In this document: positions 1 through 11,884 of the stretch, in pieces
Layout: the number at the start of each line of letters is the position of its first letter
Position numbering within the stretch: the first letter of the stretch is position 1
NCBI RefSeq assembly: GCF_018977255.1
Contig: NW_024704769.1
Location: forward strand, 2,976,001 to 3,040,000
Direction: 5' to 3'
Length of the DNA: 64,000 nt
Source of the DNA: Callorhinchus milii
Taxonomy: Eukaryota
Notes under the pieces: generated by a model
Databases searched by the model: none
Seen by the model: the letters and a program-made list of their open reading frames with translations, nothing else
What the model was told of the DNA's origin: nothing
Translations under genes and position numbers: made by a program

Positions 1-177
1 TGGCAGTAGTAAGTGTGTCCGCACAGTGCCCGCCAGTAACTGAGTTTAAATGCAATCAATGCCATTTTTGTATTGCGTTGTAAAACGTTATGGGGTGGGG
101 GGGAAGTTGCCAAACTGGATGAGTGATGCTCGTGCTTTTAATTGATAGCTTTGTTATAATTTGATTTGATTCTCCAG

Positions 178-3100
178 GTGTTTTCAGGCTCAGGCTGCTG
201 GGATGGAACCGACACCAATGAGGCTGCCTAGTAAGTCGCTGCTGTGTTCAGTGCCCCAAACCCGCCCTGTAGATTTAGCTGGAAGCAAAGGCATCACACA
301 TAGATATTGGGGTTAAACCCAGTCGCTTTCTATTACCTGTCTATACCTACTTTACATTTGTTTCCACTACCCACTGCCCCCACTTGGCTGACTCTGGCCT
401 CTTGCATGTCCCTAGTGCCCTAAGCCCTACCATCAGCGGCCGCAGTTTCAGCCACTAAGCTCCAAACCCTCTGCTTTGCCCCCTCTTTTAGATCATGACC
501 GAAGACCTTCCTCTTCGACCGTGCTTACGGTCACCTCCTCCTTTTCCCTGTCTGTTAAGCGCTCCGAAACCCTGCCCCGGGTAATGGCGCTGTGTAAATA
601 CAACTTGTTTTAGTGGTTGTTGTTTTGCTCAGTGTTTGATGGGGTGATGAGCGCAAGAGACCGCTAAACTCTCCAAATGAGCTGAAATTCCGGGCGGTAT
701 TAGGCGGTCTTTGGCAATACGTGGTTATAACGGGGAAATCCCATTGGCAGTCGACAAGGATTGCCCTGCGTAACGCTGATTGTTTATCCTGAACAAGCGC
801 TCCGGGATGCTACTACATATGAAGGGCGCTATTTGAATGCAAGTTGTTGTTGTTGAACATCTGTGGAAAGTCAGTACGTGTGAGGCTTGATTGATGTACA
901 TCTATGTGTGTGTCTCTCTCTCTCACTCTCTCTCTGACTCTCGCTCACTCTGTTGCTCACTCTCTCGCAGTGTGATGTACCACCTAAGCCGCAATGGAGC
1001 CAAGTTCCAAATGTTTGCCCCAAACATGCAGCAGATGCAAGTGATCGACCATAGCCGTAACCAGCCCAGCTCCGGGGAGAACAGGTAATGCCCGGGAACT
1101 GCCTGCAGTTAATTCTGTAATGCTTTAATAATAATAAAAATAATAATCTTTGTATTTGACATAGCGCCTTATCAGGTCTCCGAGATGTCTCAAAGCGCTT
1201 CACAGAATATACTGTAAAGTTAATTGAATTGTGGGCAAAACGCTGCAACCAGTTGCACACAGCGGTGTCCCACAAACATTCATGGATTGAGTGACCACAT
1301 TATTATTATTAATTTTTTTTTGAAGGGATTATTACCCTCAGAAAAGCAATCCGCCAATCGACTAACTACCGGATTCCTACTTAGACATGCGTGTGGAGTA
1401 AGAAAATTTGCCCAACGTTTTGCCCTGCCGGGAATCGAACCCGGGTCCTTTCACTTGCGAGACGTGCGCTCTAACCTCTGAGCTACAAGACTCCACAGAC
1501 CTCTCTGACGATGACTGTTTATCACTTGCTGCAGGAATGTGATGATCGAGTCTGCCCGACTCGCCCGCGGGAAGATCCAAGATCTCTCCCGACTGGAAGC
1601 CGGAAACTTTGATGCCATCATCTTCCCGGGCGGTTACGGAATCACCAAAAACTTGTGAGTTTACCCGACGTTGAGATGTCTCAAAACACTGCGCAGTATA
1701 TACTGTAGAGTGCAGTGACTATTTTGTGGGTGGAACGCGGCAGCCAATTGCGAAGAGCAGTGTCCCACAAACAGTCCGTGGATTGAGTGAGCGGTTATTA
1801 TTACTGCTGGAAAGCGATCCGCCAATCGGAACTTCCCTAAGGTTTCGCCCCACCCGGGAATCGAACCCGGGTCCTCTCGCTCGCAAGGCGAGTGCGCTAG
1901 CCTCTACGCTACAGGATTCCACTGATAATTGCTGTGACCAGTAACTGACTCAGTGTGTGTCTTTCATGTGTCTCTACGCCCACCCCCACCTTAATCAGGT
2001 CCACCTTCAACAACGATGGAAAGGATTGCAGAGTGAACTCGGACGTTGAGCGGATACTCAAGGATTTCCACCGTAAGAACAAACCGATCGGGTGAGTGAC
2101 GCCTGGCTCGTCACCAAGAGCCTGGCACATTATCGTGTACCTGTACTTGCTGTGTCGTCCTGTGCCCCCCACTCCCTGCAAACCCCCACCCATAGGACAT
2201 TCAACCCATCGAGCCTACTCGGAACTGCACAGAGTCAATTATCTGCTCCCACTTGCGACTGGACACTTTGTGGATAAGCAGGCGGTTTGGATAAGACACC
2301 ACGCGTGATACAAAGTAATATCCGTTGCTGGTGTCCTGCAGCTTTACGTGCAGAGCTGGTGCAGATAAATGGGGCATACAGAAAAAGATGGGGTACAGAT
2401 AAATGGAGCACGCAGACAAATGGGACAAGTGGGTGGAGGATGTGTGGATAAACGAATGTGCAGAAATAACGGCGGGCAGATAAATGGCTGGTAGTGTATT
2501 ATACACTGTGTTGCTAATGGCTGTCGTCCCGCCTCTCCTCTCAGGCTGTCCTGCACGTCCCCAATCCTCGCCTGCCGGGCGATTCCTGGAATCGAGGTGA
2601 CCATGGGCCAGGAACGTGAGGAGAGTGGACGCTGGGGCCGATGGCCTTACTACAGCATGACCAATGCAGTCAAGACCATGGGAGCCAAGCATGTGATGAA
2701 GGAACCCTTCATATCCTTTTCAAAGCCCTGCAGGAGGACCTGGGGGATGGGGGCAACTATCTTCTGAGTGTGTGTGTGTGTGGAGGGGGTGTGGGTTGTA
2801 GGAAAATGAGAGCTCCAGTACCCATAGCATTCCCACAAGCAAATCTCTGACTCCGAGTGCTGCCAACTGAGTCAGGCCGACACCTAATACACGGATCTGT
2901 TCGGGATTATAATGATGATAATAACATTCATTTTAATTAACCTGTGTGTTTTGCCCACAAAATATACAGTCAATTCACTTTACAGTATAACCTGTGCACT
3001 TTTGAGGCGTCTCGAAGACGTGATAAGGCAAATGCAAGGATTATTATTATTCATTCGGGAGGACGTGTGAAAGCGCTTCACAGGATATACTGCCAAGTGT

Positions 3101-3293
3101 ATGTTTTGAAGGCGGGTTTCAATGTGTTGCTGTGTTTCTCCCTTAACCACCTTTGCCTCACGAAGCCCATGTGGACGAGAAGAACAAAGTCATCAGCACT
3201 CCCGCCTTCATGTGGGAGACAGAGTCTCACTACCACTACATCTTCGACGGCATCGGGCAGATGGTCAAACACGTTCTGCGCATGACCAAGTGA
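178..3293 (+). CDS. es1: ES1/GATD3-family (DJ-1/PfpI superfamily) mitochondrial protein, es1-type; 5' exons lie upstream of the window
   Basis: Hand-spliced exons 178-230, 971-1084, 1535-1654, 1999-2091, 2545-2710, 3162-3293 join in frame: [114 protein letters not shown]. From memory this is closer to fish es1 ([26 protein letters not shown]) than to mammalian GATD3A. Confidence 0.88.
1138..1497 (-). mobile_element. tRNA-Ala-derived SINE with Deu-like body, full length
   Basis: On the minus strand: A/B-box tRNA-like head (GTAGCTCAG..GGTTCGATTCCCGG), body TGTGGGAC..GCTGTG(C/T)GCAA(T/C)TGG, stem-loop tail and (ATT)n end. Dozens of related copies occur across the window. Confidence 0.85.
2711..3161 (+). 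other. U12-type (minor spliceosome) AT-AC intron
   Basis: 5' site ATATCCTTT at 2711, branch site CCTTAAC at 3141-3147, terminal AC at 3160-3161; removing it gives in-frame KEPF|EAHVDE. Confidence 0.93.
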
Positions 3294-3818
3294 GGCGCGA
3301 GACAGTGGAGACCCAACAGTACAGGCTGACCCCGCGGTAACGCTCCGTGGTATAGCATGGGCCCGCTTAGAGCGCGGACCTGCGATATACCGCCATCGAA
3401 TTGGCCGGCTTCCGGTGCAGGAAGTGCAGGAAGTGTGATCAGCTGCGACCCTGATGACCCAGAAGCGCTGATCGGTGGCCATTTTTTTCCCTTCCCCCCC
3501 TCTACCACCCCCGAACCATCGTATTACAACGGGGTCAGCCTGTAATTCTGGGTAGACTGGTTACCTCAGCCCTAAAGTTCACTGTAGGGTCTAGATGAGG
3601 GGGTGGCGTTGGTAAGAATTAGCTTTCCTGTTGTTAGACGGGTTTGTGACGTGTTGTGGATGTGTTAAGGGCTTGGATGGAAATGGGTTCTTCAGTGGTG
3701 ACTGGGTGAGGTTGAGTGGATATATGTCAATGTTTCAGGGAATTTCTGAACATTTTCAAGGTCACCTCTCCGTGATCAATCTTATTTTGAATGTGACACA
3801 CACGTATATATACATATC

Positions 3819-3824
3819 AATAAA
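3819..3824 (+). terminator. Putative polyadenylation signal of es1
   Basis: AATAAA about 525 nt after the stop codon. Confidence 0.5.
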
Positions 3825-3894
3825 ATACATCACATCAGAATTCTCAAGGAAATCCATGGCTGTGTAGTGTGGAGCAGGTGAAATATACGTGGAA

Positions 3895-4270
3895 GGATAT
3901 AGCTTTAAGGAGAGGTTAGAGAGGTTAGGACTCTTCCCACTGGAGCAGAGAAGGTTGAGGTGTGATATGATCGAGGTGGTAAAAGCAACGAAAGGATTTG
4001 TTGGGGAGAATTGATCGCGGGAAAAAAATCTGTTAGTTGGAATTCGAGGATGAGAAGGTGTGAATTTGAAACTGACTCGGGGAGTAAGAGGAGAGGTTGT
4101 GTCAGGGGAGGTGGGGGAGAAGGTTGTAGGGTGGGGTGTCATTTGAAAGAATTAGACAAGCACATGCAGAGGGGGTGGCGGAAAAGAGTTAAGGATGTAG
4201 GATTGGGATGGAGGACATCTCGTAGGAGGAAATAATGGCACAAAGTCATGGGTTGAATGGCCTCCAAGAG
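3895..4270 (+). mobile_element. CR1 LINE 3' fragment, degraded
   Basis: Residual ERLERLGLFPLEQRRLRCDMIEV coding and the typical CR1 3' end GGGTTGAATGGCCT. Confidence 0.7.
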
Positions 4271-5204
4271 AATTGTATGTTGGTTCCTGTGGATGTCAGT
4301 GCTGTGTGTGCTTCTCTGCTGTCCAAGGCAATGGGCTGTACCTCCAAAAGCATATCCTTGAATGTTTTGTACTGCGCAGTTCAACTCCTCAAAATAATGA
4401 TAATAAAAATGGAAAACAAAAGATGCCTTTGTGTGGGATCATCATTAAATCCCCCTCCCCCTCCTCACCCACCGCTGCTGTTTCTTTTTCTGTCCTACTT
4501 TTAGCGCTCGCCCAAATACAGCAGCAGCAACAAAACTACATTTATAGAGCGCCTTTCACGTCGGGAGGACGTCCCAAAGGGCTGAACAGTCAGATGTCGG
4601 GGTCTGAGCCTGGGGGGAGGAGGGGTGTAGGGAAGGCAGAGAGTTCGGAGGGAGACCAAAGGTATGGTCGAAGAGAAGGGTCTTAAGACCGGCCTTGAAG
4701 GATACGAGGGAGGAAATACCCCCCCACAACCCTCACCCTACACACACACACACTGCGTTTCGAAGAATGAACACACTCTCATGTAAAATAATTTCATGCA
4801 GGCGGACAACAACAACAACAACAGCTTGGATTTATATAGCGCCCTCCACGCCGGACGGCGTCTCAGAGCGCTTTACAGTAACGGATCCCGGGACACCAGG
4901 GACAGTATATATGGGATAGTGTGGAGCATTGTACACAGGACAGTGTATATAGAGTAATATATACGTGACAGTGTTGATGCAGAAATCTATACGGGAGAAT
5001 ATATGTCGCAATATGTACGGGACAACGTATATGGGGTTCCGCCCACGCTATACACAGTCACTACACTTTACAGCGAAGCGCTTTGAGACACCCCGAAAGA
5101 CGTGATGAGACGCCGCTGCATCCAATGCATATTATTATTATTATTATTATTGATTATTATTGATTATTATTGTGTATTAATTATTATTATAAGGTACAGG
5201 TGTG

Positions 5205-5425
5205 AAAGTGGGCGGAGCTCGGGAACGGGGGGGCGTGGCTTTGCGTGGTGACGTAGTATACACGGGCAAGGGCGTGGTAAGTAGGGGGCGGGGCCTGGTA
5301 TCCGGGGGGGCGGAGTTAGTGTGGTGACGCAGCAAGATGGCGGCGAGGCAGTTGGTGGGGCGCGGTAACTAGGGGGCGGGGCCTGGTATCCAGGAGGGGC
5401 GGAGTTAGTGTGGTGACGCAGCAAG
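5205..5425 (+). promoter_or_regulatory. COX5B CpG-rich promoter with GC boxes, CRE-like half sites and YY1-type motif, partly tandem-duplicated
   Basis: Repeated GGGGCGG(G/A)G, TGACG(C/T) and CAAGATGGCGGC overlapping the ATG; an 89-bp unit is present twice. Confidence 0.75.
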
Positions 5426-8400
5426 ATGGCGGCGAGGCAGTTGGTGGGAGCGGCGCAGCGCGGCCTGAGCCTGAGTCGGGCTCTCGGGCGCTCAGCGCCC
5501 GTCAGGACCATGGCCGCCGGCGGCGGTGAGTAAAGGGAGGCCGGCAACACGCGGGGCGGGGAGGGGAGGGAGAGAGAGGGAGCGAGAGGGAGGGAGCTGG
5601 GCCTAGGCCGCGCCTGAGGCCTCGGGCTCGCGTGGCGGATGTTCCACCTTGAGGAGGAAGGTCATTGGAAGAGCAGGCGAGAGGCCTCGGGCTCAGGCTG
5701 TCAGCCCTCCCGCAGCTTCAGCCCCAGCCCTGGGGGGAGGTGGTGGGGAGGGTCGACATTGCACAAGGTTAAAGTGATCCCCAACCTCCTCCTCACCTCT
5801 CCCCCCCACACCCCTCCCCTCCCCCCCACACCCCTCCCCTCCCCCCCCACACCCCTCCCCCCCCCCCACACCCAGCACAAAGCGTCTCAAGTATTATAAT
5901 ATCTCTAATAGATAACGTAATAATAATAACAATCCTCGCGCCTTATCCGGTCTTCGAGACGCCTCAGAGCGCTTCACCGGAGGCCGCCGCCAAAGTGACC
6001 TGCGTGTCTTGCGGGTGGGTCGCGACGGCCGGTCCGCGCCGCGGCCCCGCAGACAGCCGCGGATCGACTGAGGCGACCGAATTGTTATTTCACGTGCTGC
6101 GGTCTTCACGTAATAAAGAGCCGCCGGGGCGGGGGGGGGGGGGGGCGGGGGTGTGGGGGGGAAAGGGGCCAAAGGCCGTCGCTCTTTTAAAAGAACCGAC
6201 GCAGACTGTAAACTCCGTGCTGTAAACGACCTGCTTCCTCGTATGACACCGCTGACGAGAACACAGGGCGCACACACACACACACACCCACACACACACC
6301 CACACAACCCCCACCCGCACTACGCTGTCAGGCCTCAGACTGCCAGCTCAAAGCCCCGCCGTGGTGTTTTGAATTCATTCGCAACCAGAGGCGAGTCCGG
6401 GCTGACACATAATTCACGCTGCACAATGAAGAAAAAAGAAATATTTTATCGATCTTCTTGTCTGTCTAATGGTTATACATTTCCGTGTGTTTGGGGGGGC
6501 GGGGTGGGGGGGCAGGTTCAGTTATTAAGGCAGGATTAAAATGGTGCTTCATTGGTGTCGGATATCTTTCTCCTGTGCCCCTGAAATTGTTCCCGCCGTG
6601 ACGAGTTTCCACCGTTTGATTTAAAAGGACACTTTTTTTTGAAGTGCGGACCTTTTGGATCGAGTTGTAACTGGTTTAAGGAGCTGAGAGGAACCTGCAG
6701 GTCAGTGTCGCAACGGATGTGCAGCCAGCCACCCCGCTTCGCTAATGCAGTCCTAGAGGTTCGAGAGCGTAAACGCTTAATGTGCTGCCGTTTTCTTGGG
6801 GGTTCACTAACCACAGTGCTGACTGAACAGCATGGGAGAGGCAATGCATCGAGCTTCGCGGTGAAGGTCAAAAATGTAGTGACTGAGCTTATATTCTCAG
6901 AATTTCGTGCACTGCTAAAACAGAATTGACAGTGTGGAACTGAAGGTTGGATCTCTCGATCCTTGTCGCATAACATTGTTCCCCTTTATATAGTTTCTAC
7001 CGCCAGAGTGATTTACTTAACCCTTAGACCACAGGCCAAATGCATGAGGCTTTCCTTCCGTCTTGTGACCCTCAGGATTGGTTTTCATAACGTGACAGTA
7101 ACCCTCGTATTTGATCAGAGTGCCAATCATGCTGAAACATCTTCAATCATTTCACAGCTCGAATTACTGTCAAGTGTAGTGTGGCATTTGTTCCTCCGGG
7201 TCTGGCCTCCTCCTCGTCCTCCGCTCCACCCTCGGCGGCCGTGCCTTCAGCCACTACGCTCCGAGGCTCTGGAACTGCCTTCCTCACTCCGTCGCTCCCT
7301 CCCTTCCCATTTTCAGGTCTCTACTGAAGATCTTTCTTTTCGACCACGCCTTTGGTCACCTCCCCCCCCCCCCATTTCCCCCTGACTCAGTCCCGGGATC
7401 CGTTACTGTAAAGACACCTGTACGGTTGGCCAGTTGTATTGACTGACTCAAGCATGCTTTCTGAAACTCACTTTGCATTAATGTTATATTATGCTTTCTT
7501 GCCTTGTATCCCATTTGAGTTCAGTTAGTTCCCCCCCCCCCTCCAACACTACCCCTTTTCTCCTATTGAGATGCTCATGGGATGATTTCAGACTGCAATT
7601 GAGCAGTGAGTGAGGTTATGCTGTAACTTGACCCAAGTTTGGAATGGTCCAGGGAAGTTCATATCTTCAAATATCTTGAGAAGCTACACCAGTAGAGTGA
7701 GATGAGAGTACAAGGATCAACTGGCGACCTTTGGCAGGGAGGCACTGCATTATCTGACCAGAGAGGGCCATATGGGATCAGCAAATGAAAAGCAAAAGAG
7801 ACAAGGGCACAAAAGCAGCCCCTGAATCAAAGGCAGATTCACGGAACCCATGCTGCAGCTTATCTGGTCAATTGGAGCACAATTCTGAAGTCTGGTTATC
7901 GATTCTAACCTCTGTGGGAAGTCGACAGCTTTTCATCCTTTAAGTTGTGTCCTTGGTTCCTCTCTTTCAATCCCAGGTATTCCAACTGATGAGGAACAGG
8001 CAACTGGGCTGGAGAAGATCATCATGCAGGCTGCTCTGAAAGGACAGGTATGCTTCCTGAGTTAATAATAATAATACTTGCATTTGAGATAGCACCTTAT
8101 CACGTCTTTGAGACGTCTCAACCCGCTTCACAGAATATACTGTAAAGTGAATTGACTGTGTATTTTGTGGGTGAAACACGGCAGCCAATTGCGTACAGCA
8201 GAGTCCCACAAACAGTCGTAGCGATTGACCAAATTATTATTATTTATCTATTTTTTTGGAGGGTTTTATACCGGAAGTAAACCGTCAATCAACTAACAGC
8301 CGGGTTCCTACTTACTGCTACGACAACAACAACAAGATTCCATTTATTGAGCGCCTTTCATGTCGGGAGGACGTCCCAAGGCGCTGAAACAGTAAACAGA

Positions 8401-9086
8401 GGCGTGTCGAGTAAGGAAACTTGCCTAAGATTGTGCCCGCCCGAGTATTGAACCCAGGTCCTCTCGCTTGCGAGACAATCGCGCTAACCACTAAGCTACA
8501 GAACTCCAGAGTTCTGTGTTATTAAGAGTCTTAAACTGCCTGGGCTTGTCCAGGGTGGCTGAGCTTGTGAAATGTGTTACTGAGCTTGTGAAATGTTGCT
8601 CAATTTACACACAGATTTTTCTTTCCTCTTGCTAGGATCCTTACAACCTTTTAAAGCCCAAGGAGTATGCTGGTACCAAAGCGGACCCTCACATTGTGCC
8701 GTCCATTACAGACAAGAGGATTGTCGGGTGTGTCTGTGAGTACCCCGCGCTCTGTCTTAATTTTCCAGTGGAAACCTCCCTTTTCTCCATCTCAACCCTG
8801 CTTTTTAAGTGGGGGTAGTGAGATGCAATGATAACCTATCCTGCATGAGACTGTATCCTTTGTAAACCCCTGATCTGAGCCACTGTACAATCGAGTCGCC
8901 GTTTTTCTCTCTGAAAAACTTAGCAATGCTTTGGCTGCTCCCTGTAACTACGGCCTTTTCTCCCTCCCTGCAGGTGAAGAGGACAACACTGTAGTCATAT
9001 GGTTCTGGCTGCACAAAGGGAATCCTTGCCGATGCCCCTCCTGTGGGTCCTATTACAAGCTTGTGCCCCACCACCTCCCTCACTGA
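5426..9086 (+). CDS. COX5B: Cytochrome c oxidase subunit 5B, 127 aa
   Basis: Exons 5426-5525, 7977-8047, 8636-8735, 8974-9086, all GT-AG: [70 protein letters not shown], with Zn-binding cysteines intact. Confidence 0.96.
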
Positions 9087-9229
9087 TGCAACGCAGAAAG
9101 GTCGCAGGTTGTGGTTGAGTTGACCCTGATTGACAGCTGTCACTTAATATTTATGGTTTGGGACCCAAATTGTAACTGCTCTGAGAACAGTGTCATGTAC
9201 TGTATGTACATAGATTAATCAATCTATCA

Positions 9230-9235
9230 AATAAA
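9230..9235 (+). terminator. COX5B polyadenylation signal
   Basis: AATAAA about 145 nt after the stop, followed by a T/GT-rich tract. Confidence 0.7.
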
Positions 9236-9329
9236 CTTCTAAAACGTTCATTTTAATGTTTTGTGTGTGTTCTCCCCTCCCCTCCCCTCTCCCCTCTCCC
9301 CTTCCCTCTCGACTCTCTTCCTCCTCCTC

Positions 9330-9505
9330 GCTCCCTCCCTTCCTCCCTCACCCTGACCATTTCCCCCTCCTCTCTCCCTCCCTTCCCTTCCCTCACCCTG
9401 ACCATTTCCCCCCTGCTCGGGTCATGACCCAACTGTGCAGCGCCTTGGGACGTCCTCCTGACGTGAAAGGCGCTCTATAAATGGAATCTTGTTGTTGTTG
9501 TTGTT
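9330..9505 (+). mobile_element. L2 LINE 3' tail fragment
   Basis: CCCTCACCCTGACCATTTCCCC repeat, stem-loop GCGCCTTGGGACGTCCTCCTGACGTGAAAGGCGC and (TTG)n end; near-identical to the end of the L2 at 33514-33700. Confidence 0.8.
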
Positions 9506-9535
9506 CTCGTCAGATCCACCCTTATGGTGTTCAGT

Positions 9536-9885
9536 TATAGGAACTGAAGAACAGGCGGAGGCCATTCAGCCAGTTGAGCCTGTTCCGCCATTCTATTAGA
9601 TCATGGCTGATCTGTACCTCAACTCCAAACACCCGCCTTTTCCCATATCCTGAACTAACAAAAATCTCTCCACTTTAGTCTTGAAAATGTGAATGAATCC
9701 AACCGTAATCCACAGCCTTTTGGGAGAGGGAGAGAGTTCCAAATTTCCACTAACCTCTGTATGTGTGAAAGAATGCTTCCTGATTTACAATGGTCTTGGT
9801 CTAATTTTAAGATAATGCCCCCTTGTTTGGGATTCCCCCACCCACCAGAGGAAATAGTTTCTCTGTAGCTACCCTGTTAAATTTA
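9536..9885 (-). mobile_element. CR1 LINE 3' fragment
   Basis: AGGCCATTCAGCC 3'-end signature and residual FPLVG..GHYLKIR coding on the minus strand. Confidence 0.65.
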
Positions 9886-11438
9886 TGTAAGAATAGATAA
9901 ATAAATGAAGCTTGGATGTTGACAGCATGATGGCTTAATTAGGTGTGATAAGTTAAGACAAGGTCGAAGGCAGAGAAGGTTGAGGGGATATTTAATAGAG
10001 GGGTTCAAAATTATGAGGGGTTTTGATAGGGTAGATAGGGGAGAAACGGTTTCCACTGGTGGGTGGGTCGATATGCCAGTCAGTTGACTGGAGGGCAGCA
10101 CAGCTGACTTTAACCTCTCCTCTTCAATACAAATCAAGACCGAAGTCTTTAACCGCTCAGTCAGTCTTTTTCCCTCCCCAACCCACCTTCCTCGGCTCAT
10201 CCCCAACTCAGGTGCCCAGCCAGCAGTGTCGAGCGCTTTGAGACGTGCTTCCGACTTGAAAAGGGCACTTGTGTGAATGTTATAATAATAATCCTTGCAT
10301 TTGATATAGCGACTTATACACTGTAAAGTCTTGGAGAGGACTCAAAGCGCTTCACAGAATATACTGTAAAGTGTGTGTTTTGTGGGCGAAACGAGGCAGT
10401 CCGTTTCGCACGGCGGTGTCGCATAAACAGTCGTGGATTGAGTGACCATATTTTTTTTGCGCGTAGCTGTGTGAGTGTGTGTAGTCGGGTATATTTTTGG
10501 ACGGAGGGGTGGGGGTATTACCGAAACATAACATAAATGTCGATATGTTTCTGGAAGGGAAACACAAAAATATTGTGTTTGTGAAAACACAGTACCATCA
10601 GTGCTGCCCCGCAAATAATTGTTTAATTAAAGGATCAAAGAATGCAGGAGACTTGAGTGCTTCACTTCATTTTCAGCTTTATTCTGAGCGCTTTTGCTTT
10701 GAATTCACGGTAGTTATACAAATAATTGCACTTTTAGCTTGTATGACTGTGTCCTGACATTAGTATATGACTATACTGTATACTCATAGCGTCACAGGAA
10801 AGGACCCGTTAAGACAATGCACGCAGCAAGCATTCTTGATTTGGTAATAAGCTTCAAATTAATGAAACTATACACAGTAGCACCAGAGGCTCAGCTTGTT
10901 TGGATGGCTCATAATTACACAAAGCAATTGGTTTATGTACGTGAACTTCCCTCTTCATTCTCTTGGGTCGTTTTCTTCAATCATGTCGTTTTTTGCCTTC
11001 AGCACGCTTCATTTCACAAACGTCCCTCTGAGCTCTCCCCTCACCCTCCTGCTTTATACATCTCACCATTTGTCACCTTAACCAGAAGCATTGAGCAAAG
11101 TTAAGTCAGCGTTAACAGGGGAGACAAACTGCAAAAGGCAAACTCAGCACGTTACAGCTGAATGGATTACATGAGTGGTTAATGCTGCCTTCACAAGCCA
11201 ATCGATAAAATATTCCAACTTGCAACCTAATGGTTTTTTTGTCTTACTGGTGTATTGGCTGAAAGCTCAGGACTTTCCTGGAATTAAAGCCGACTAGAAT
11301 GTTTCATCGGCAAATTCTACCAAGCTCTGATAGTAACACCTTGACTGCGATTGTCATCGATCAGATCGCAGACAATCGAAAGACCTTTTAACCGGGGAAA
11401 CTGATAAAAGGAACCATAGAAAGTAGAGGTTCTGCCTC

Positions 11439-11880
11439 GACAACAACAATAAATTACATTTATACAGCCCCTTTCACGTTGGGAGGACATGCCAAGGAGC
11501 TGGTCGGTAAGGGATTTGGACCCGAGCTGGGGATTGGGATCAGGAGGGGTAGGAGGGTGCCCGAAAGCACGGTCAAAGAGGAGAGCCCTGACACGTATTT
11601 TGGAGGAGGCAAGGGGAGGGTGGAGCGAGGTGAAGGTAATGTGGAATGGGGTTCCAAAGGGTGGTGGTAGAGAGGCTGAAAGCCTGACCGCCAATGGTGG
11701 GCCGGGTGGGGTAGATATGGAGCTGGCCGGAGCCCGCTGAGCAGAGGGAGCGGACAGTTCGATATGGAGTTAGCAGGTCACAGAGGTCGGGAGGAGCAAG
11801 GCCGTGGAGGGCTTTGAAGGGGAGGACGAGAATTTTGAACTGTATCCTCTGTTGGGGACGGGGAGCCAGTGGAGGCGGGC
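11439..11880 (-). mobile_element. L2 LINE 3' fragment directly after the NEFL stop codon
   Basis: Residual RLHWLPV..FKILVL..KALHGLAP coding followed by the L2 tail and (TTG)n. Confidence 0.8.
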
Positions 11881-11884
11881 TGAC

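Noticed and set aside
7570-7900. Coding-like stretch in COX5B intron 1
   Set aside because: No long ORF or recognisable protein; possibly a decayed retroelement, but I cannot support a call.
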